Assembly (NCBI GenBank): GCA_041497675.1
Contig: JBGQGY010000054.1
Span: 1 to 22,786 of the forward strand
Direction: 5' to 3'
Length of the DNA: 22,786 bases
From: a bacterium
Lineage (GTDB): Bacteria > Sysuimicrobiota > Sysuimicrobiia > Sysuimicrobiales > Humicultoraceae
The notes beneath the pieces were generated by a model. The model searched no databases, had not been told where the DNA came from, and saw only the letters and a program-made list of their open reading frames with translations. This document shows positions 9,137 through 16,403 of this stretch, in pieces. Every line of letters begins with the position of its first letter. Position 1 is the first letter of the stretch. The position numbers were made by a program, and so were the translations under genes.

Positions 9137-10244
9137 CCTCGATCATGAACTGCTCGTAAGCCCGGCGGATGTGCGTCACCGCGTCGCCACCGAACTTTTC
9201 GAGAAATGCCTCGGCCAGCACGAACGCCACCATGGCCTCACCGATGACGCCCGCCGCGGGCACCGCGCACACGTCGCTGCGTACGACCACCGCCTGCACG
9301 ACTTCTTTCGTGCGGATGTCGACCGACTGTAGCGGCGTCCGCAGCGTCGAGAGGGGTTTCATCGCGACCCGCACGATCAAGGGATCGCCGCTCGTCGTCC
9401 CGCCCTCGAGGCCGCCCGAGCGGTTCGTCTTACGATAAAACCCTCGCGACCGATCGTAGAAGATCTCATCGTGCGCGCGACTGCCCGGGGTTCGGGCGAC
9501 CTCGAAACCCAGGCCAAACTCCACGCCTTTGATCGCATTGATCGACATCAGCGCCGCCGCAAGACGCGCGTCGAGTTTGCGGTCCCAGTGGACATGACTC
9601 CCCAGCCCCGGCGGCAGCCCCAGCACGACGACTTCGAAGACGCCCCCGAGCGTGTCGCCGCGCTCGCCGGCGGCATCGATGGCCGTCTTCATGCGCCCCT
9701 CGGCTTCCGCGTCCACACAACGCACCGCCGAGGCCTCGGACAGTGCGTGGATGTCTTCCAAGCGCTCCGGACGGGTGCGGATCGCCTCGCCGCCGATCTC
9801 GGTGACGTGACTCGAGATCCGCGCCCCAAACTCCTCGAGCAACCGCCGGCAGATCGCCCCGACGGCGACCCTCGTGGCCGTCTCGCGCGCGCTCGAGCGT
9901 TCGAGCACGCGGCGGACTTCATCGAACCCATACTTGAGCGCGCCGACCAGATCGGTGTGCCCGGGTCGGGGGCGGGTGATGTCGGGTTCGTCCTTGCGCC
10001 AGTCTCGGTTCGTGATTGACACTGCCACCGGTGACCCGATCGTCTCGCCCCGGATGACGCCGGCGAGGATTTCCGCGCGGTCCTGCTCCAATTGCATCCG
10101 GCCGCCGCGACCGTAGCCAAACTGCCGGCGGGCCAGCTGGCCGTTAATCGCGTCTTCATCGACCGGCAGGCCGGCCGGCAACCCTTCGAGGATAGCCACC
10201 ATTGCGCGGCCGTGTGATTCACCTGCGGTTAGAAAGCGAAGCAT
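9120..10244 (-). CDS. aroC: Chorismate synthase
   Basis: Motifs MLRFLTAGESHG, GYGRGGRM, PRPGHTD, ERSSARETA, TNRSGGLEGG, MKPLSTL and RSDVCAVPAA. Confidence 0.98.
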   Translation of the reverse strand: MLRFLTAGESHGRAMVAILEGLPAGLPVDEDAINGQLARRQFGYGRGGRMQLEQDRAEILAGVIRGETIGSPVAVSITNRDWRKDEPDITRPRPGHTDLVGALKYGFDEVRRVLERSSARETATRVAVGAICRRLLEEFGARISSHVTEIGGEAIRTRPERLEDIHALSEASAVRCVDAEAEGRMKTAIDAAGERGDTLGGVFEVVVLGLPPGLGSHVHWDRKLDARLAAALMSINAIKGVEFGLGFEVARTPGSRAHDEIFYDRSRGFYRKTNRSGGLEGGTTSGDPLIVRVAMKPLSTLRTPLQSVDIRTKEVVQAVVVRSDVCAVPAAGVIGEAMVAFVLAEAFLEKFGGDAVTHIRRAYEQFMIEVKRAT

Positions 10245-10254
10245 ACCCTTGAGA

Positions 10255-10281
10255 ATACGACGGGCGGAAAGCGGTACCTGT
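10255..10281 (-). promoter_or_regulatory. Putative promoter for a leaderless aroC transcript
   Basis: ACAGGT-N17-GTAT lies 10 nt before the ATG. An overlapping TATTCT (-10-like) lies 7 nt before the ATG. No properly spaced Shine-Dalgarno sequence. Confidence 0.4.
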
Positions 10282-10295
10282 GATGCGGGACCCGC

Positions 10296-10916
10296 TCAGC
10301 CGTCGGGACCCAGGTGGATCGTGTCGTTCAAGACTGCGATCCGCGCGGTACTCCCGTCCATCTCAACAATGTTCACACAGGCATTGCCCTGGCGGATCCG
10401 CCAGTGATGCGCGAGCGGGGCGTCCAGCAGTGTCAGCAGGATCGTCTTATTCACGCCGCCGTGTGCGACGATGGCAATGGTCCCGTCTGGATGGCGGGCC
10501 GCCACGTCGCCAAACGCGGCCACGGCTCGATGGGCGACCTCGGTCAGCGTCTCGCCGCCGGGCAGCCGTGTTTCAGCCGGTGAGTCGCGCCACATCTTTA
10601 GGCTCTCGCCGGATTCGGCGGCCACGTCCTCGACTCGGCGACCCTCCCACTCCCCTTGGTTCATTTCTCGAAAAGCCTCAATGGTGCTCGCGGTGAGCCC
10701 GTGGGCAGCGGCGAGCGCCCTGGCCGCGCCGTGCGCGCGCTCGAGCGGGCTGGAATAAACAGCCGCAAGCGGCACGTGTGTGAGCGCTTCGACGAGATGC
10801 CTCACCTGGCGCTGTCCTCGCTCGCTCAACGGGGCGTCCAGGGTTCCCTGGAGACGGCCTTCGGCGTTCCACGTCGTCTCCGGGTGCCGGATGAGATAGA
10901 TGCGTGTTAGAGACAT
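10296..10916 (-). CDS. Histidine phosphatase family protein (PhoE/GpmB/CobC-like)
   Basis: Motifs IYLIRHPETTWN, RLQG..D.PLS, YSSPLERA, REMNQGEWEG, PGGET, VAHGG and LNDT.HL. ATG 10916 lies 9 nt after GAGG. Confidence 0.92.
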   Translation of the reverse strand: MSLTRIYLIRHPETTWNAEGRLQGTLDAPLSERGQRQVRHLVEALTHVPLAAVYSSPLERAHGAARALAAAHGLTASTIEAFREMNQGEWEGRRVEDVAAESGESLKMWRDSPAETRLPGGETLTEVAHRAVAAFGDVAARHPDGTIAIVAHGGVNKTILLTLLDAPLAHHWRIRQGNACVNIVEMDGSTARIAVLNDTIHLGPDG

Positions 10917-10930
10917 GGACGGTAGCCTCG

Positions 10931-10958
10931 GTAGGGGCTGGCCCCTTCGGCGCCGTAT
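10931..10958 (+). promoter_or_regulatory. Putative SigH-like promoter upstream of the ABC permeases, containing an inverted repeat
   Basis: GTAGGG-N18-GTAT, including the inverted repeat AGGGGC-TG-GCCCCT (10933-10946). Confidence 0.35.
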
Positions 10959-11018
10959 CGTTCCTGCACACATGCGCCTGCGTCGTGACACCACCGCCCG
11001 ACCAGAAGAGGATCGCGG

Positions 11019-11969
11019 TTGGGCGTATACCTGATTCGACGCCTCCTGCTCACCGCGCCGACGGTGGTAGGCGTCGTCACCGCCGTCTTCCTGCTCATCC
11101 GTCTCGTCCCGGGCGACGTCGTCACGCAGATGGTTGGTCTGGAGGGCAGCCTGCCCCGGGGCCGCGTCGAAGAGCTGAAGGAACTGTTCGGACTCAACCG
11201 CCCACTGCACGTACAGTACGCCGAGTACCTGAGCAAAGTGGCCCACGGAAATCTCGGTAAGTCGCTCCGGACGGGCCGACCCGTCGGCCGCGAAATTGGC
11301 CGGCGGTTTCCCGTGACCGTGGAGCTGGCGATGATGGGCCTGCTGGTGGCGGTCGTCATCGGCATTCCGATCGGGATTCTCGCCGCCCTAAAGCGCGGTC
11401 GGATTGCCGACTACCTCGCGACCGCCTTCGTCTTGCTCGGTCTGTCTGTGCCTTCGTTTTGGTTGGGTGTCCTGCTCATCCTGCTGTTCTCGCTGCGCCT
11501 CGGCTGGCTGCCGCCGACCGGATACGAGTCGCTCGACGAAGGCGTCTTCGCGAACCTCCGGCACATGCTCCTGCCGGCGCTGTCGCTCGGCTTGATCCTG
11601 GCCGCGGCAAGCACGCGCATCGTACGCAGCAGCCTGCTCGAAGTCCTGGGCCGCCACTACATCCGCACCGCACGCGCCAAAGGCCAGGTCGAATCGGCCG
11701 TGGTGCTGCATCACGCGCTGCGCAACGCGCTCATCCCCGTGGTCACCGTCATTGGTCTCCAGTTCGGGACGCTGCTGGGCGGCACGGTCATCATCGAGCA
11801 GATCTTCAGCCTGCCGGGGATCGGGCGCTACGCGCTGGAAGGCATCAACCTCCGCGACTACCCCGTCGTGCAGGGGGCGGTGCTTGCCATTGCCTTGTCG
11901 TTCACGCTGGTCAACCTGTTCGTGGATTTCTGTTATGGCTTCATCGACCCCCGCATCCGCTACGAGTAG
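11019..11969 (+). CDS. Peptide/nickel ABC transporter permease (DppB/OppB family)
   Basis: YLIRRLL, PGD, GNLGKSL, PSFW, EAA-loop YIRTARAKG, HALRNAL, RDYPVVQG and DPRIRY. TTG start 6 nt after GAGGA. Confidence 0.95.
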   Translation: MGVYLIRRLLLTAPTVVGVVTAVFLLIRLVPGDVVTQMVGLEGSLPRGRVEELKELFGLNRPLHVQYAEYLSKVAHGNLGKSLRTGRPVGREIGRRFPVTVELAMMGLLVAVVIGIPIGILAALKRGRIADYLATAFVLLGLSVPSFWLGVLLILLFSLRLGWLPPTGYESLDEGVFANLRHMLLPALSLGLILAAASTRIVRSSLLEVLGRHYIRTARAKGQVESAVVLHHALRNALIPVVTVIGLQFGTLLGGTVIIEQIFSLPGIGRYALEGINLRDYPVVQGAVLAIALSFTLVNLFVDFCYGFIDPRIRYE

Positions 11970-12822
11970 CGCCCCTGCTGCGCGGCGGCGCCCGGGGCTC
12001 GGGGCGCGGTTGTCACGCCATCCCAGCGCCCGCCTCGGCGGTGTGCTGCTCTTGCTCGTCTTCGTCGGCGCCGTGTTCGCTCCGTTCCTCACACCACACG
12101 ACCCGATCAAAATCGCGCCGCCGGAGCGGCTGCAGGGTCCCAGCCGCGCCCATCCGCTGGGCAGCGATCTCTACGGACGCGACACGCTGGCCCGTGTGCT
12201 CTACGGCGGCCGCATCTCCCTGGGCGTGGGCGCGCTGTCCGTCGGCCTGGCGCTGATCGCCGGGGGGAGTGTCGGCGTGGCCTCAGGCTACCTGGGTCGC
12301 TGGTTCGACGCGGTCGTGATGCGCGCCACAGATATCTTGCTCGCGTTTCCCGCGATCCTGCTGGCCATCGGCCTGCTGGCCTTCCTCGGTGGTGGATTCT
12401 GGAACGTCGTGCTCGCCATTGCCATCATCTATACCGCACCCGTGGCGCGCGTCGCGCGCGCCGCCGTCATCTCGGTGCGTCATGAAGAGTACGTCGACGC
12501 CGCCAAAGCCATGGGCGCCGGCGACGTCCGCATCCTCCGCAAGCACATCCTCCCCAACGCCATCGCCCCGTTGATCGTCGAGAGCACGCTGCGGCTCGCG
12601 CTCGCGATCCTGGCTGAGGCTGCGCTGTCGTTTCTCGGTCTCGGCACGCAGCCCCCCGCGCCGACGTGGGGTCAGATGATCGCGGAAGGCCGGTCGGTCA
12701 TGACCTTCAGCGCGTGGCCCGCGATCGGGCCCGGGCTGGCGATCACCACGACGGTCCTGGGATTCAACCTGCTGGGGGATGGTATCCGCGACGCGCTCGA
12801 TCCGCACATGCCGGCGGGATAA
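11935..12822 (+). CDS. Peptide/nickel ABC transporter permease (DppC/OppC family); start uncertain
   Basis: Motifs HPLGSDLYGRD, GRISL, EYVDAAKAMGA, HILPN, LSFLGLG..PP.P.WG and NLLGDGIRDALDP. In-frame start candidates are ATG 11935, ACG 11962 and TTG 12010. Confidence 0.93.
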   Translation: MASSTPASATSSAPAARRRPGLGARLSRHPSARLGGVLLLLVFVGAVFAPFLTPHDPIKIAPPERLQGPSRAHPLGSDLYGRDTLARVLYGGRISLGVGALSVGLALIAGGSVGVASGYLGRWFDAVVMRATDILLAFPAILLAIGLLAFLGGGFWNVVLAIAIIYTAPVARVARAAVISVRHEEYVDAAKAMGAGDVRILRKHILPNAIAPLIVESTLRLALAILAEAALSFLGLGTQPPAPTWGQMIAEGRSVMTFSAWPAIGPGLAITTTVLGFNLLGDGIRDALDPHMPAG

Positions 12823-12831
12823 ACCCGCGGG

Positions 12832-14592
12832 TTATTTCTTGAGCAGCAACACATAATAATCTGTATCGCCGACGCGCCGCCAGCCCATCGAGGAGAAATC
12901 CACAACCGGTTCGTGTCCTTCATCCCGAAAGTTCGGCTGATTGATGACCGCGTCTGCGCCGGCTTCCGCGAACCGCTCGAGAATCGCCCGCCTGACCCCT
13001 TCCTCCGCCAGCCAGAAATCCCGCTTGGCCCAGGCGGGCACCTCGCCAACGATCCGGACCCGGGCCAACCACGCCCAGTAGGCGGCCCGGATGCCTGGAC
13101 CGATGACGGCCACGCGGTGCCCGGGTTCGATCCCCATCTGCCGCAGACCGCTGGCCACCTGCCAGGGGATATCCGCCGCAGGCGCGCGGTTGGGTGCCAC
13201 CAGCTCCCGCGCAATGTCGTAGGCGTGACGGCCGGACATGCCTGCGATGATGGCCCCGTGAAATAGGATGAGCACGGCCACCAGCAGGCCCGCCGTCCTG
13301 CGCACGTCCCGCGCCGGGGCGATCCGCACACTGGTAACCAGCCCCAGCCACAGCAGCACCATGAAGGGCGCAATGTAGCGCGACTCGAGATGGAGGCTGC
13401 CAAACGCCGCAAGCGCGGCCACACCGGGGACCCAAATGGCGGCGTGCTGCCGCAGGGCCGGCAGCGAAAGCCACCGTCGCCACGCGAGGAACGCGGCGGT
13501 ACCCAGAAAGACCACGGCGCCCGGCATCCAGTGGTGGAGCGCGTCGTCTGCGCCGTACAACCGGAGGCTCCAGCGTGCCGTGATCACGTGTCCCCTGAGA
13601 CTGAATCTCGGTTGGAGCCCCGCGTACCAATACGCCGGGTCAAACCACGGGGGGTAGGTCGCTTCCACGGGCCCCGCAAACTCATAGGCCGCCGGAGCCT
13701 TGGAGATCTGACGCGTCGGGTGAGTGGGTGTTCCAAATACTCGAAACTCGCCTTGATAGTGGAGGATCGGCAACCGATCAACATGCCAGAGGTAGTTGAG
13801 CCAGGCGCTGTCTCCCAGCGTGACGCGCCCCCTCGTCTGATAGAACCCGAAGACGAGGGTCGCCGCGATGCACATGAAGACGACAAGTGTGACGGCGGCA
13901 CGGCGCGCGGCCGCCTGCATTGACAGTCCGGCGGGAAGCGGCACGACGGACAGGAGGAGAAACACGAAGCCGATCGGAAACATCGGCGCCTTTGCCAGAT
14001 ACCCCACTCCGAGGGCGAGCCCCAGCACGGCGAACGCCCCCCACCGCTCCGGATGCATACGGCAGCGCAGCAGCCATCCGGCAGCCAGAAAGACGCACGT
14101 CGCCACCGCCAGGTCAGGCGCCACGAAGGCCATGCCCATCAAGTTGAGCGACGACCAAATGAAGATGACATACCCTGTTGTCACAATCACCCATTCGGGG
14201 ACCTGCTCGCGTCCATTGTCGACGGGGCGGGATGCGACTGTCTTCCGATAGCGCACCAGCTGACGCAGAAAAAAATCGAACGATGCAAGCGCAGCAAGGA
14301 AAATGACGAAGTTCACGGCGTGCACGACCGGGAACGCCCATCGCGCATCCGGCCGCGCGAGAGCCATCGCCAATGCGAGCAACCAGGGATAGAGCGGGCT
14401 CCAGTGGCCGTTGATCGCGCGCGGCCAGTCGCCTCGGAGGACGGCCCGGCTCATGTCGAGATAGGAAATGCCGTCGTGGGTCATCTCGTATCGACCGGCC
14501 CAGGCGGCAATCAGGGCGAGCGTGACGGCGAGCGCGATACCGGCGCGCCGGATGCGGTCTGTGCGACCGCGTTCGGCCTCCGGGGTCAACAC
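12832..14592 (-). CDS. Polytopic membrane protein, probable GT-C fold glycosyltransferase (ArnT/PMT-like)
   Basis: First TM helix followed by a loop with HDGISYLD..WSPLYP, then APD and GYLAK motifs, many hydrophobic segments, and RY near the C-terminal TMs. The start is probably GTG 14592 or TTG 14589 (GAGG upstream) rather than 14652. Confidence 0.65.
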   Translation of the reverse strand: MLTPEAERGRTDRIRRAGIALAVTLALIAAWAGRYEMTHDGISYLDMSRAVLRGDWPRAINGHWSPLYPWLLALAMALARPDARWAFPVVHAVNFVIFLAALASFDFFLRQLVRYRKTVASRPVDNGREQVPEWVIVTTGYVIFIWSSLNLMGMAFVAPDLAVATCVFLAAGWLLRCRMHPERWGAFAVLGLALGVGYLAKAPMFPIGFVFLLLSVVPLPAGLSMQAAARRAAVTLVVFMCIAATLVFGFYQTRGRVTLGDSAWLNYLWHVDRLPILHYQGEFRVFGTPTHPTRQISKAPAAYEFAGPVEATYPPWFDPAYWYAGLQPRFSLRGHVITARWSLRLYGADDALHHWMPGAVVFLGTAAFLAWRRWLSLPALRQHAAIWVPGVAALAAFGSLHLESRYIAPFMVLLWLGLVTSVRIAPARDVRRTAGLLVAVLILFHGAIIAGMSGRHAYDIARELVAPNRAPAADIPWQVASGLRQMGIEPGHRVAVIGPGIRAAYWAWLARVRIVGEVPAWAKRDFWLAEEGVRRAILERFAEAGADAVINQPNFRDEGHEPVVDFSSMGWRRVGDTDYYVLLLKK

Positions 14593-14642
14593 GCGCCTCG
14601 TGGGGGGGGCGAGGGGAACGCGGACGAACACATGCCGACGAA

Positions 14643-14651
14643 ATGGTACCA
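14643..14651 (-). promoter_or_regulatory. Putative extended -10 element for the GT-C-like gene
   Basis: The minus strand reads TG-G-TACCAT, matching TGnTAnnnT. Confidence 0.35.
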
Positions 14652-14678
14652 CACCCCGCCGGGAGAGGAAACTTTGTA

Positions 14679-14706
14679 GTAGGAAAACCCAGACGACAGG
14701 CGGAAT
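14679..14706 (+). promoter_or_regulatory. Putative SigH-like promoter for the solute-binding protein gene
   Basis: GTAGGAAAA-N12-GCGGAAT matches the Bacillus SigH consensus RNAGGAWWW-N11/12-RNNGAAT. Confidence 0.55.
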
Positions 14707-14747
14707 CTTCTATGCCCCAAAACTTGGGGGCCTAAGGGGGAGAAGTG

Positions 14748-16325
14748 ATGCGAACACGCACAGCGCTGCGCATGGCAGGGGTGCTGCTTGTCATCGGCAC
14801 GCTGCTGATGCTCGCGGCCGATCTGCAGCCAACCGCGGCCCAAACGTCGGGGCCGCGCTACGGCGGCACGCTCCGGTTGGGGATGCAAACCGACCCGGTC
14901 GGTCTTGACCCGCATCTGTCTAGCGCGACGGCCACGCGAAATATGATGGAGCACGTCTATGATACGTTGATCTTCTACAGCGCGGAGGGTCGGTTCAAAC
15001 CCGGGCTCGCCGAGTCGTGGAGCACCTCGAAGGACGGCCTGACCTGGACGTTCCGTCTGCGGCGAAACGCGAAGTTCCACAACGGGCGACCGTTCGTCGC
15101 CGACGACGTTGTGTACACGATCAACCGGATCAAGGATCCCAAGACCCGCTCGCCGCGCGCCGGAGATTTTGCTGATGTAGTTTCCGTAACAGCCGCCGAT
15201 CCTTACACCGCAGTGTTCACACTGAAGAAACCATTCGCCCCGCTGATCGCCAAGCTGTCCAACTCGCTGTCGGCGGCCATTGTGCCCAGGGAGGTCGTCG
15301 AGAAAGACGGCGACATGAACACCAACCCCGTAGGCACCGGGCCGTTCCGCTTCGTCGGATACACGCCGCAGCAGCGGCTGATCCTGGTGCGGAGCGGAGA
15401 TTACTGGGAAGCCGACGCGAGCGGACGCCGGCTGCCCTATCTCGACCGGCTCGAGTTCGTCTTCTTCCCTGACGCCGTCGCGCGCTCGACCGCCCTGCGC
15501 ACCGGCACGGTGGACTTCATCGAGTACGTCCCATCCTCGGAAGTCCGCAACCTGCGCAGCGATGCCAACGTTGAGGTGCTGGGCGGTCCGTCCGCCAACT
15601 TCCGATCGATCTACATCAACACCGCCGTGGCCCCATTTAACAACATGAAGGTCCGCCAGGCGATGGCGTGGGCGATCAACCGCAAGGAGATCATCGACAC
15701 CGCGCTGTTCGGGGTAGGCGGCATCGACGCCACCGGGTCGGTGATCCCGCCGGGGAACTACTTCGCCCTCACCAAGAACGTCTACGATAAGGTCGATATC
15801 GAACGCGGGAAGCGGCTGCTGGCCGAGGCCGGGCAGCCAAACGGTTTCGAGGCCGACTTGTACGTGACGAGCACCTACGACTTCTTGCGGACCCCCGCCG
15901 AGATCATCCAGGCGCACGTCGCCAACATCGGCATCCGCCTGCGCATCCAGGCCGCGGACTGGAGCGTGTATCTGCCGACCGTGTTTGCGAAGCGCTACGC
16001 GCTCACCCTGCTTGGGACATCTGGGCAGGTCGATCCGGACGACTATCTCTACAACAACTTCCGGACCGGCGATGCGCGAAACTACGTGAACTTCTCCGAC
16101 GCACAATTCGACAAGCTCGTCGAAGAAGGGCAGACGATCGCCGACGAGGCGCAGCGCAAGCGCCTCTACGAGCAGGCGCAGATGCGGTTGATGGAGACCG
16201 AACCGATGGTGATGCTCTTCCACTCGACCACGTTCGAGGCCGTCCGAAAGAACGTGCAGGGCTTCGAGCACTGGTCCAATCAATCGTACTACGGTCTTCG
16301 CCGCACCTGGATCGCGCCTCGCTAG
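14748..16325 (+). CDS. ABC transporter substrate-binding protein, family 5 (DppA/OppA-like)
   Basis: Signal peptide; GGTLRLG, LDPH, PGLAESW, TWTFRLR..KFHNG, PVGTGPF and VRQAMAWAINR. GGGGGAG lies 5 nt before ATG 14748. Confidence 0.95.
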   Translation: MRTRTALRMAGVLLVIGTLLMLAADLQPTAAQTSGPRYGGTLRLGMQTDPVGLDPHLSSATATRNMMEHVYDTLIFYSAEGRFKPGLAESWSTSKDGLTWTFRLRRNAKFHNGRPFVADDVVYTINRIKDPKTRSPRAGDFADVVSVTAADPYTAVFTLKKPFAPLIAKLSNSLSAAIVPREVVEKDGDMNTNPVGTGPFRFVGYTPQQRLILVRSGDYWEADASGRRLPYLDRLEFVFFPDAVARSTALRTGTVDFIEYVPSSEVRNLRSDANVEVLGGPSANFRSIYINTAVAPFNNMKVRQAMAWAINRKEIIDTALFGVGGIDATGSVIPPGNYFALTKNVYDKVDIERGKRLLAEAGQPNGFEADLYVTSTYDFLRTPAEIIQAHVANIGIRLRIQAADWSVYLPTVFAKRYALTLLGTSGQVDPDDYLYNNFRTGDARNYVNFSDAQFDKLVEEGQTIADEAQRKRLYEQAQMRLMETEPMVMLFHSTTFEAVRKNVQGFEHWSNQSYYGLRRTWIAPR

Positions 16326-16341
16326 GACGCCGGACGAATCG

Positions 16342-16385
16342 AACGAGACCGGGGGCGGGATCGTGCTCCGCCCCCGATTCGTTTA
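16342..16385. terminator. Probable bidirectional intrinsic terminator hairpin between convergent genes
   Basis: CGGGGGCGG (16350-16358) pairs with CCGCCCCCG (16368-16376); flanks AACGA/TCGTT extend the stem. Followed by ATTCGTTT on the plus strand. Confidence 0.65.
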
Positions 16386-16403
16386 CTCACCCGCGCGGGG
16401 CGC

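Noticed and set aside
1492..10244. Absence of aroD/aroQ, aroE and DAHP synthase from the shikimate cluster
   Set aside because: These genes are often encoded elsewhere; nothing can be concluded from one window.
10281..10298. Inverted repeat GCGGG-A-CCCGC after the phosphatase stop
   Set aside because: The loop is too short for a terminator, there is no U-tract, and short GC palindromes are frequent by chance at this composition.
10931..10948. GTAG-initiated palindrome resembling a REP element
   Set aside because: It is a single short copy with no associated transposase, and is better explained as part of the promoter-like motif.
14586..16283. 565-aa antisense ORF over the solute-binding protein gene
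   Set aside because: It mirrors a well-supported gene and has no motifs. Long antisense frames are expected from high-GC codon bias; the same applies to the many Arg/Pro/Ala-rich shadow ORFs in the track.
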